From Trichoplax adhaerens (taxonomy: Eukaryota > Animalia > Placozoa), in contig NW_002060943.1 of NCBI RefSeq assembly GCF_000150275.1, positions 4,298,008 through 4,362,007 on the forward strand: a stretch of DNA of 64,000 nt. Reading direction: 5' to 3'. The position numbers and the translations under genes are program-made. The notes under the pieces are model-generated. The model saw only the letters and a program-made list of their open reading frames with translations. It ran no database searches and was not told where the DNA came from. This document shows, one piece after another, positions 42,308-54,920 of the stretch. Each line of letters starts with the position of its first letter. The first letter of the stretch is position 1.

Positions 42308-45300
42308 ATGTCTGGTTATCCGAGTAAAATGTCTTCATCATTTAATGTTTGTGGGCTTCTTGGCCGTGATCGATGGGGACTTGCTGGAATGAGTGGACAG
42401 GAAGGAGAGACAAACGGTAATCTTATGCAACAGCAGACGATTCCTTATGGCCATGGCAGCTATACGCCATATTCTTCGTCGACCTCATGTAATCTTCCAT
42501 TAAATTGTGATAATTTATACTTACCTAGTTGGTATCAAGCACAGGATACATCGAGCCAATATCAAGGTATCTACTTTTAATCCGTTCGCTATAATGTGTA
42601 ATGTTCTGACAGTAGAGTCTATAGTGGTTTCGTTTTCTTATAATGATTACAAACAATGTCAGTAGGAAAAGGTGACACAAGTGAAATGTTGCAAAATCAT
42701 TCGATGTACAATTCTTTGAAATTGTAATATCAATATATTCCAGTACAGCATTTAAAATAGCAAATGACAAAATCGTGCACTAATTGAATAAAGTGAATAA
42801 TTGAGTTAGTTTAGATTGAAGAATGGTTAGCTATACCAGTATATAGATCGAGTAACGGTACAATATTGTTCAACAGATGATAACTTCATAAGGTAAGGAA
42901 AATTAATTAATTATCTTTAATCTTCATATGGTAATTGATGAGATCGTTTCGCCGAATATATAAGCGTAAGAAACGAAGTAGACATAGGACTAAGCAGATG
43001 ATCATTGATATGCATATTTTGAATTCTGACACTTGATCAGAGTTTTAATTTTGTTGAGGCTACTCTCAATCATTATACAGGAATAATTTAAGTGGATTAA
43101 CCTATTTCATGTTGATATTTAGTTAAGAGAATAAACTTCACCATCGTTGCTGGGTGTTAAGAGCGACTTGTAATCTATTGAAGTTGTCACTTGTAGTCAA
43201 TGATTGATAAGAAAAAGCTTTTATACAGAGAGTTCAAGTGCAATATGTCGCCAGTTAAGAGAAAAATACTTAATGGAAGGCAATTCCAACATAGTTTAAG
43301 ATGTAAAATGAAGGTGGAATTTTATATTTTTAGCAATACTAAAGGAGCTGTACGAAATAATTAGGAATTCATAATTTCAGTAAGGATTATTAGTCCGTCT
43401 TACGGCTGCGAGCGAATTATGAACTCAATGTTGATGCATCGTAGTCACTGTACATGATATACGAGTATAGCAAATACAGTAATATAATACACCAGAAGAG
43501 ATGTTACTTTCTTTTCCTCATTTTTGAAAAATTTTTGCCATTACTCATCGGGAAGTTTAATTGTTTTTTGGTATAAATTCTGAAAGGCTGATAGTATCGG
43601 TTGCGGCTCTTTGAAATTTTAAGAAAAGATAACTAGTTGGAAATTATATTATTTCTAATATACAAAATGTTATTTTTCATTTGGACTTCATGAAAAAGTA
43701 CAGCAATACTATTTTTTATTTGGACTTCATGAAAAGTATAGTACTTGCTATGAGATTTATTTTCAAGGAGAATACTGCAGGTGATTTGGTATCTTGACCT
43801 GATTTACTATTAAAACTATACCCCAGTATTTAAAATCTTTATCCTTGTTCATTCATTCTTTCAACTAGGTTTTATTGCCGTTCATGTTGAACAAATGTTA
43901 TTGTTACAATGCAGATCACCGATAAATATCTTTATTCATTGATTTCTTTCCGTGATATGATCCTTTACCGAATAATAACATAAAATAGACAAGTAGTGCA
44001 CTATCTGTAGGGGAGTGTTGCATGAGCATCTCGTTTTATATAAGGTACATATAGCTTGTAAAGCCTAATGATCAAGATATTAGTAAGAAGTAAATTAAGA
44101 ACATGAATAAGGCAGAGATTTTATTTTAGCATATCATACTTTATGATAAATGCATCAATGCTCCTTTAAACCGATAACATCGGTATCATTACCTGCAGAC
44201 ATATTTTTGATGGTTTACAGAGTCTATATAAGGCGATAGAGAGATTCGATTGTCAGCATTTTATTGATTAGGGAATTGCTTTGTTTCTTCACTTCGCCGG
44301 ATGCTGCTAATCCTGGCAACGGTTCATTAATTTTTTGTTTAGTTATTCATTTAATAATTGGTAGACCCATTTCAGGATTTTAGTCGTTTACGTGATGAAT
44401 TAAATAGAAAGATAATTTGAGCCTATTTAGTTTGAAGACAATAATAGAATTGATTTTGGCACTTTATCACTATTTGTCTAGTGAACTCGCATATTGGCGA
44501 ATGGTATATAAAACATACTAACTTACTAAACATCTTAAGTGAAGATTTAATCGATCTTTTCCAAAATGTTTGGTATAATTCATATGTTAAAGTAATTTAC
44601 TGCTAAAAGTAATGCTAAATGGCAATAAGTATTAATTGCAATACTGATAAATCATTGAAATATTACAGATGTAGAATTTCCTCCAGGATTTGCTAACATA
44701 AGGGATTACTAGTTGGATTTAAAATTACATTACAAAGGATGATACGGTAGCTAATTTAGGATAAAGTTCCATTATTTTTGTTGTAATGATAGTTTAGCGC
44801 TTTATAATAATTAATACTGCAAATTAATATTCCGTTGCTGTATTGCTAATTTTCTTTCCTGACGATAATTAATTAGACTCTTGTTACATATTAATTCATA
44901 AATTAATTTCCTTAAACTTGATTTCATGATTAATATCCGACAATGATCAAAGTGAGAATTGAGTTTAGCAAGACAAAAATTTTACTGTTACCATACTGCT
45001 TTTCCTGCAACTTTATTAATATGATGCTGTAAACAGTCCTTTCCTATAAATTCGATCTTTGAGATGCATTAATTATTAATATGTTTACTAATAATTGAAC
45101 AATCAGCCAATTAAAAGGTGAGCTATTAACTATGATAAGCTCAATTTGAGCGTCCATTTGCTTGCCTAAAACAATATTGATTTATAATCGCTTTCTTTGT
45201 CCTGGAGCGGATATTTTTTTGTCTAATAACCTAAGTCTATTACGCTAATCAGTCAATTTGGTACATGACTTCCTTTTCTCCTTATTATTGAAACTGCTGT

Positions 45301-48300
45301 GTTTCAATTAGAATAACAAATACCACAATAGGTTGTACCTACAATGACGTAACTTAAAATTAGACTACAAATTATATTTGAGACAGATTGATTGAAAGAA
45401 AAGCGAATAACTAGTTTACCGATCTCGACGCAGTTTGAGGGCTAAATATAGAGTACGAAAATTATTATAAAATTGATATCTATTAATGGTATATAATGAC
45501 TCTTCAGGTATAAGTTGTGCTTATTACAAGTCCTGTAAATTTTCTTTTACTATCTGTGACATACATACAAAATAATGAATTTTGATGTAAAATTGATATA
45601 GAATATTATTGTACGGGTACGTATGTTAATAACAAATTTGAAATTAATTCTTGGTTATGTTGATTTACTACATTTACTGGATAACTTGGAAGATTTTCAA
45701 CGATGCTTATAGCTCAAGTTGTTTTAGAAATCGGAAGGGCTTTTTAGCAATTGATTCACCGTTTTATTTAGTTTTAAAAGTTTAGTTTTCTTTGCCAGGT
45801 AATGGAGAGGGAAAGAAAGCCATATCATAGATGTAGAATAGCGATAGTACGAGTAGGAATGGGTCAATGTATGTAAATTAACTTTGTAAATATCTGCTGG
45901 TAATACATTACTTTATGATTTTTCCCGAATAATTCTTTTCCGATACAAATTCATGCGTTGCAATATCATAAAAAATACTAATTTAACTCCGGATACCACT
46001 AATTCATGTTCGACTGAAAGCAGGGATTGTTTTAAAAAAATTAAGCCATTGCGTAGCGTATAACCTTAACTCCGTTAACCAGTACAGCAGTTCTTATATT
46101 AAATTAATAGATTCATATTATGAAAATGCAACTACAATGGGGCCGTAATGTTAGCTTGCCAAAATATGATAAGTTTAAAGCATTATCTATGCTGGTCTAT
46201 GTATGGTAGTTATTTTTTAATTTCAAGTGAACTACCACGAGCATAGTGCTCAACTGGTCTTGATAAACTACAGACCGTCAATACTACTTAGTCGTTTTTG
46301 GTCAGTTCATGCTTAATAACTATCGATAATGCGATCAAGTAATTTACTAATATGCAGAAATATTACACATTGAGGGATAGGGATACAGAATAATGGCCTC
46401 GCAATAGTGCACGACGACAACAATTGACAACGCGGTGATTATTAGTCATGGCTAATTAATTAGGAATCAGTTATAAATATTATCGCCTACTTGCCTATTT
46501 AATAGCTTTTATTAAACCTCTCTCTTTACTGATAGTAAATTAATAGAGAAAAATGCGTACTCTATCTTAGAATACAATGGAGTATAGGGTAGTAATTAGC
46601 CAAGTAGCATACTGGGCATTGCTATCGCCTGCTTTGTATGAATCATCTGTCACGTAGTCTACTGAAGACTGTCTTCTACTGTACCGGTATATAACACTGC
46701 AGTCTTATATGACTTTACACGAATTTTTAAATCTTTTTTACTGCATTTCAACAAGATTACACTAAGTTGAGGACTCGAGAAGCCTTTAATCGTGCAACAA
46801 GATCACTTTTTAGCTACCCCCGGGCGGGTAGTGTCTTTGGTCGTTTTATTTGAAGCTTGGCCTACACGGGTTCATTAAGGCTTTTATCAAAATAAATCAT
46901 TACGGTCGTGTAGCGCAGCTCCTAAAATAACTTAAAAACAAAGTTTGTAATAGTGTACGATAATAGTTCAAGTTGTAAGCCAGATTTCGAGATTATCCAA
47001 ATTTCTTATCATAAATAAATATTTACGTATATTATCGCCATTTTACTGCAATTCTTATATTTTATAATATAAACTGTAGATCTAGGATACTAAGTTTGAT
47101 TGATAATAGAGATTTCTTGGCAATTTGGCGGATGAACTAATTCATACATTTAAAGTAAAAGTTGATAAAAAATTTCGAAATTTTAATTATACTATTTCAA
47201 GACACTTTATCACAAATTGTTGAATGGGATACTCATAGATTGTACTTCTGCCGAAGAAACTATATTTTCACTTCATTATCACTTTGCCAATATACAGGAC
47301 TGAGGATTGAAACGATGAATGACTTTGATAAAATACATATAGTGAAGAGCTTTCTGCTTATCCATTATTTAGAATACTTGATTACAAGAATCATTTAGAT
47401 GATTCAAGCTATAGAAATATAACCTAGAAAGATTTTATTTGATATTGCAGTATCTTGGGAGGAATCCCAATTTAATTTCCATTTGGTTAGTGAAATTTAG
47501 GAATGAAGGACGTGACTGTTTTCGATAACCTGGATGTTTCAATGTTTAAATCTAGCCTTACGATGATCTTCATGACTAAGTATTCGGGCTAACTACCATG
47601 AAGCTAATTATTCACCTAAAAGAACTAGATTATTATTACAAGATTTGCAAAAAGACTATTAAAGCTGTTTTCAAGTTCAGTTTTAACCATTGTCAATTTC
47701 TTACACACTAAATGTTTACAACAATCTTACTCTGAATATTATCATTTACTAACATAACTTAGCCTGATGTTGGAAATTGGCGACAAATAGCTGAACCAGA
47801 CACGCTAAAAACATATTTTGTCACTTAATGCCGTCGATACCACTAGACCGTAAAAAAATTAACCTGTCATGAATTTTGACGTCTGACTTAATAGGATACT
47901 TACAGCTGTAGAAACATATATAGACGATGCAATTATTCGGATATTATTGATAAAAAAAGACAAAAAGTCGTGTTAGATTGTGTCAAACGGTGCCCGGTAT
48001 CAATAGTACTGTAAATCATATGCGAACGATCATCTGCTTCGGGTTGGGCAAATATTTTGATCGAGCAGAAGAGGTAGACATTGTATAATTGTACAAGGGC
48101 ATTCAGGCATTATAAGTAGGCGATAATACTATATCTACCGTATGCTTTCTTTTGGCAACTTCTTGTGAAGAATAAAAACATAATTTACATTACGTGGTAC
48201 TGAGTTTTAAAATCGACAAACATGACATCGCGCTAAGGAAAATGTCTAGTCATCTATGATTACAGACAGTAACAACTAAATTTCCAATTCCGAATCGATT

Positions 48301-49661
48301 ATCGAGTTTTAATTATCAGTGGAAGGCCCAATTTCATAATTAATCGACTTTCACACTTTGTGATAGTTCATATACTGGTATAGCGAGTGTAATTGCTTGC
48401 TTGCTCGTATACATTAATGGACATAGATTCGCTAACGGTAGAGTATCGAACTAATATAAAGTAGAAAGCGATGAGAATTCATATCAGCAGGTTACTACAA
48501 AATTGATTTACTTAGCGACTTGAGATGAAATTAGTGTCTCTACGGAGCAAAGATCGATACTTCGTGCTTTTTCTAAGCCATCCTAAGTAATAAGAGCCTG
48601 CGATTATAAAGATAGTTATAATAATGATAATAGAAAATATCTACTTTAAAGGAGAAAGGCAATGATTCAATACTGTTGAATATTTACAGTACAATTTTTT
48701 CAGTAATTACAACTGAGCTCAGCAAATCGGTAAAATGATTTCTACAGATATCTCCATGTAGTGTATTGTTGATGATCCTATTGCTAAATAATTCTAGCGT
48801 CAATAATATCATTGGAATAGTGGGTAGCATTTCTAGCAGTATAGTGTTAAGCGGTATCTCCTACTCCAGTACTGTAATGCTTTTAAAGATGTTTTGTAGG
48901 CTTGCCGCTGTTTACTTTTCTAACCAAGTAGTTGTATTTCATCATTTGACAGTTATTTTTTTGAGGGAATAGCTAACCTTTATTCATTTCATGATATTCG
49001 TATTATTTCTCTCGTTCATTGATACATAGCTTTTAATGGATGGCCAACGTCTTTACTACCATCTACTTCTAACCAAATGTTCGGACAAACAAGTTTACCC
49101 ACTGGCGGTATTCTTCCACGTCAGGACAAAGGCGATACCCATATTCGAAAAAAGAAGAGAAGAATCTTATTTACTAAAAATCAGACAGATCAGTTAGAAA
49201 AACGATTTAGACAGCAGAAATATCTATCGGCACCTGAACGGGAACACTTAGCAAATATGATAAAGTTGACTCCAACTCAAGTTAAAATTTGGTTTCAGGT
49301 ATTAGTTAATCAAGCATTGATTGATATATATTAATGTTGCATGTTTATTCTTATTAAGTCTAAACTTGGTATAGCAACAACTAGGATCCATATTAGTTCA
49401 CTGCGGTAATAAATGCTTATTTTAACCGGGTCTTTCATTTATCTTTTAATAATATAGAATCATCGTTACAAATGTAAGCGACAAAAGAAAGCTAGCCATA
49501 ATGGAACCCTTGCTAATGGATACGACGATTGCAATGATGGTTGTATTAGTAATTTATCGTCACCTCAATCACCTAAACGTGTGGCTATTCCATTAATTGT
49601 TCACAATGGAGAGACGTTTTTAACATCTAAAAGTGATGGCACTCCTCATCATTCCTACTGA
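42308..49661 (+). CDS. NKX2: NK2-class homeobox gene B (243 aa, 3 exons, 6463-bp first intron)
   Basis: Exons 42308-42566, 49030-49298, 49458-49661(TGA). Exon 1 has an eh1-like SSFNVCGLL, a PSWY motif and a phase-1 donor matching the acceptor at 49029. Homeodomain [50 protein letters not shown]|[11 protein letters not shown]2-specific domain [15 protein letters not shown]. Linkage of exon 1 is inferred; exons 2-3 are firm. Confidence 0.88.
43671..43743. repeat. Short tandem duplication (period about 39 bp) in NK2-B intron 1
   Basis: TATTTTTCATTTGGACTTCATGAAAAAGTACAG then TATTTTTTATTTGGACTTCATGAAAAGTATAG. Confidence 0.85.
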
Positions 49662-52600
49662 TCTTAGAACATATTCATTTCAGGTTGATTATTTTAGTTA
49701 AAATTACTGCTACTTTATCGTAAGTTTAAAAGATGTCTATTAGCAAATATTGCAAGTAATGCAGCTTAATTGAAAGTTGAAAACAATTATACTGTAATAA
49801 TGATGTTACTGTACTAATTTCATGATCAGCTAAATAATATGAGTAACTGTTCAAGAGAAATCTGAAGTTGAGTTTGTTTGGTAGGTGTTTATATACAGGA
49901 TGATTAACACTATTTAGGGACGATGTTAGTTATCTTTTAGCCACTGTTACCTGTTAATTTATCTGCTCAAAATCGTAGTGGCTAATTTGTGACGAAGAAA
50001 GTATCTTTAATTTCTAATCTTAAAGTTTTGATTTATCTGATTATGATATAATTGTCATCTATGTGAGATCAATTGATCGGTAAGCAATGTCAGTGACACT
50101 TTTGCAGAGTGCATTAATTTCGGCAAACCTCTTATCTTTATTGGTAACTTTATCCTCGATATCGTCTTTTAATTTACTGAGACTGATTTAAAATTTGCAA
50201 ATTCATGATCCAAAAGAAACGGGTGCAATCGTAATTCTATCCGAAATTTCGCGTTTATTTACTAATTTAACAATGATTTGATTTTAATAAGAAAAAATTC
50301 TCAATTTATCTGCAATGATTTTGAACACGGGGCATTATGTTCGAGTTTAACTGTGTTCTTTAATATAATTAGATCAGTAGAATAATGGTCTGTATGCTGA
50401 TTAATACTGCTTATTATTTAAAATTAATAAAAATGATGGAATCGACTACTCGATATAGTATTTCTAGCAATTTTAAATACTTAAAATGAGAACAGTATGA
50501 TGAAATATATATTTAATTTTACGTATAATGAGTATTAGAGTGTAAGTGAGATATGTAAAATAGGTTATTATCCAAGTACATCTTTTTACAGGTAGTCAGT
50601 GTTGTATATACTTATTATATAATTGACTGAAACTGCTATAAGCCTAAGGAATTACTGAAAATACACAGAAGGGCTCAGAAGAGCTTGATGGTGTTCTACT
50701 GTATTTCGTTATCCATGATTGGCAAAGTTGTTTTCTACATGGGTTCACGTACAGAAGTAAGGTATAGCATGCAGTATTTGAAGGAAATAGTTAAATTATA
50801 AGTCGTTCTTTCTTAAAGTTTTATCCATTTATATTTCATTAAGAAAGCATAGGCCCAATGTTGTCATCTGCGATAATAATAACAACCTTATATGCCAAGA
50901 TCTGAGGTCTACTATACGGAACATTATAAACACTATGCAAATCATCATAGTAATATTAATTAAGTTTTTGACTAGTTTATGATTACTGTACTACAGGCTA
51001 CTGAATATGCAATATCGTATGGAGGAATATGTAGCCAGTGAACTATTTGCAATTATAGTAATACACACAAAGCCTTACTGAACTGATCTTTAAATTTGTC
51101 AACATTAAATAAACGGAGCTTTAGAAATTGCAAAATTTCAGCAGATAAGTAGTACACAACTGGTAAATAAAATGATCCATAAAATTGACCTAGCAACAAT
51201 ATTACTATAAAATCACGCTGCTTACATAGTTCCTCGTGTGTTAGCCAATTATCTTCTTATTTACTTTGTGAAAGAATTTTAAAAATTTAAAAATAAAGAA
51301 CTTAAGTCCTATGAAGTATACTCAAAAATTATATGTATAAGGAATATGCTCACATATCAATAGTCCAAAAACGAATTTGTTAAAATAAAGCTATAGAATA
51401 CGATGGTACTTGGTGCAGTGAATAATTCCAATAAAGGTTAAAATCCTTGGGCGCTGTAAACATCTTATAAATAAATTATAATTTGGCAAAGAGAAGACTT
51501 TGCTAGTTGATTATTAACTCTGAGACTTGTCCAATATGATCAAATTGTAACTTAATAAGGAAAATAATTTAATTCATTGAAATAAATACTACATTGGCGA
51601 GAATTAATTTACTTATAAGTACCTATACAGAACAAAAGTTAACGTTAGAAATCTTCATAGGATATAGCACAAATTGTAATTTAGGTGAAGCAGCAGTATC
51701 TGTTTGGATCTTTCGTACAATTTTTAGCTTGAAAAGTTGGCTAATTCTACTACAGAGTTTAGATCATGTAACGATTGTATCTCATACAGTTGCTGTCTCT
51801 CAGATCTCTATAGTCAAAATCTGACTATATGAAATTCGCCATAGATATACTGTTGTGTTCGACATCATATTTATTAAAATTAATAACAAATTGGTAAGAT
51901 TGCTATATTCAATCTTGTAAGCAATCTATCTGGGGAAATTTAGTGTAGTCATTAAATGAAAATTCCCTTTCAGGAAGGAATAAAATTTTAATTTCTATAT
52001 AATATCATATGATCTGGTCAGAGAAAACAAGTTGAATCGAACACAAAAACATCGCATTTATTACGATTATAGTTTAAACAAAAGATTTATTACTATAATA
52101 TTTTAGCAGTAAATTTATTAAGTGTTTTAAAAAAATCGATTATGTTATAGTATGCTGTATTGCAGCATGTTCTACTGTGTTAGTAAAGCTGTAGCACTTG
52201 CTTGAACATGAAAGTGACTCAATAATTGAGATACAGGTTACAATTTTTTCTAGATCACTAAAATTTTAAAATATATTAGTAGCTCCAGTATTTACAAGTT
52301 AACAACTTGTAGGTTATATTAATAAAATATCTATACCTAGTTTTGTTAAAAGGGTTAATTTCTATTTTCTAGGTTGATATCCAAAGGGCCAAAGGCTAAA
52401 TATTTGAAAGCTGTTAATGCGCAGGGATTCTGATGCAGCTTTTCATATGCGTTCTCCATTTGATCTTTCATCCTATACTTTAAAAATTAGAAAGTCTTGG
52501 AAACATATAATAGTAGTAAGGTTGAAGTATTTCTCCAAATAAATTATAGTTTAATATGCTACTTTTATTACATAACTATAGAAATGAACCTACAGGAATA

Positions 52601-54894
52601 TATTAGATTGATATTTTCTCAAGTATAATTTCAGGGTACAAACGGATACATACTCGTACGTATCTCTCGCTCTACTTTCTTGATATTTCTAAAAAGTAAT
52701 AAAATGTTTTGCTTAATCTTTGCAGGATAAAATATGTGTAAAGATGAAATTGACATATCTATCTAAATAACCAGAAAATAAGATTAAATAGCATAATCTC
52801 GATATTATGATCTTCAATAGCACTTTTGTGATTAATACCGATTAATTAATCAAGATGTATATTCAACATTTTGCTATTTTTAAATTTTTTAGCACAAAGC
52901 GATCTTATCCCACTATTTTGCTAAACAATTAACTTTGCGTTCGTAGTAAAATTTTTGGCTAATATTATAATCTATTTATTAGAATTACATGTAAGTTTGC
53001 AATAAGCTATAGGACTTGTTACCGTCTCAATTTCAGTTGATTTCAAATTTAATTAACCTTAATGTGTCATCTGAAATTTGTGAATTGAGGGTGTTAGATT
53101 TATATCTAACTCATAATTCTGAGCCTACATAAAAGAGTTTTGTAAATAGATTCCTTCAGCGATAATGATGAAATAATATGTACATATCTTTTAATTTAGA
53201 CTACTTTTAGCAGCTGTAATGTTCAAAATTGCTTTTGATATCGAAATAATTCGAGTAAAAGTTTATATTAGCAAATGAATAATATCATTATCCAAAATAT
53301 CGATAGAACGTAGGTGTAGGTAATGATGGTATTGTCTTAGGCAATGATTAATAAAAGTAATTTACAGTAAGATTCGTAGTTACGTATAGAAATTCAATAA
53401 ATTTATCATAGTTCTTATTAACTATTATAGAATGTTATTATCTAAACTTGCTGTTACAATAATTAAATTAAAATTTGATGTTGAACTAATGAAATAGTCT
53501 TGAATGATTGGTGTTGATATAGAGAGTTTATATTATCATGTTGTTTACTAAGAGTGGCTGCTATTCAGTCTACAGGCATGTAAAATTACTTTATTAATTA
53601 TATTTCACTATCCTTTGTTTTGTTATTGAATTTGCGATATTATCGTTCCATTTTAATATCTATCATCGAACAGGAGATTAACAATTTCAGATGACCAGAT
53701 TTAAGACATATTGTAGTTCAATCAAGGAAGAAAGATTCATCGCAATGCTAATATGTTTTCATTTAACTCCGCAATTCGTAAGCATTTATAGGTTGAGTTC
53801 TACGTATATGATATCAACCTCCTAAAGCTCTGTATATGACAATATTAGAGTATAGTTTTAGAAAAAAATTTCTTTATGCTTACTGCTTGTGCTATAAAAA
53901 TGGTTTACGATACGATTAGTTGTGAAGTATATCATAAGCAAACGACGTATTTCCTTCATCTAAAGTAAAAAAAGTAAAAGTTGTTTGCATAGCTTACCTT
54001 TTGAAGAGTTCTAGAACTTTAATTTAATAAAAATGAGTCAGTTGTTAATGATCTATTGATTTGTATAATACTTCAAAGAAATAATAAGACTTGACTTGCA
54101 CTGATGACTAATTATATTTATGCCTAGATTTCTATTGCTTCTATTTCAAAATTATCAATAGAATACAGTATTTTTAAAAATTCGTTTTGATTGTTTGACA
54201 ATCCTATTGACCTCCTCAATAATTAACTTGTAAATTTTAAAAAATTTCAATAGGCGAGTCTGCTTATTCAATGAGGAAAAAATAAATCAGAACCATTTCC
54301 TCATTGTCTTAATTTTCCTTTCATTTTTAAGATCTTCAAGCGGTTTTCCATATTGTTATATTGGCATGGGCAGACTAATGTTGAACGTTGAAAGATAAAG
54401 TTAATGTATAACTAGTTTTTTAAGTTTAGTTAGCGTATTCTATGGTCGATCTACAAAATGTTGGACTATCTGACTAGTTGATAACAATGAAGTTAATCAA
54501 GAACTGCTTCGATTGCTTATTTAAAGTTACATTTTTATAAGAGTTCAGTCATGGTTAATAAATCTGTAATAGTTATTTCTTCTAGGTTATGAAATATCAA
54601 TACAACCGTAAACAGACATTATAAAATTGGCGACGTGATACAAAATCTTGGACGAGACACGAAGCAAACGGAATGGATTAACACCTGGAGATTTTTTAAA
54701 ATGTAAACAACGAACTATATAGACTGTTGAACGATTTCATGTCAGATCTATTTACAAATTAGAATCTAATCTACCGTGCTATCTAATGGATTGAATTAAT
54801 CTTATCATGTTATGACTAATGTATGTCATTACTTTATCGATCATTCACGAAGTCTTATGTGGGAGGTCATGTTATGAAGAATGATATTTTAAAC

Positions 54895-54920
54895 TTTTGG
54901 TTTTGGTTTGGTTTGGTTTG
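54895..54920. repeat. (TTTGG)n microsatellite
   Basis: TTTTGGTTTTGGTTTGGTTTGGTTTG. Confidence 0.8.
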
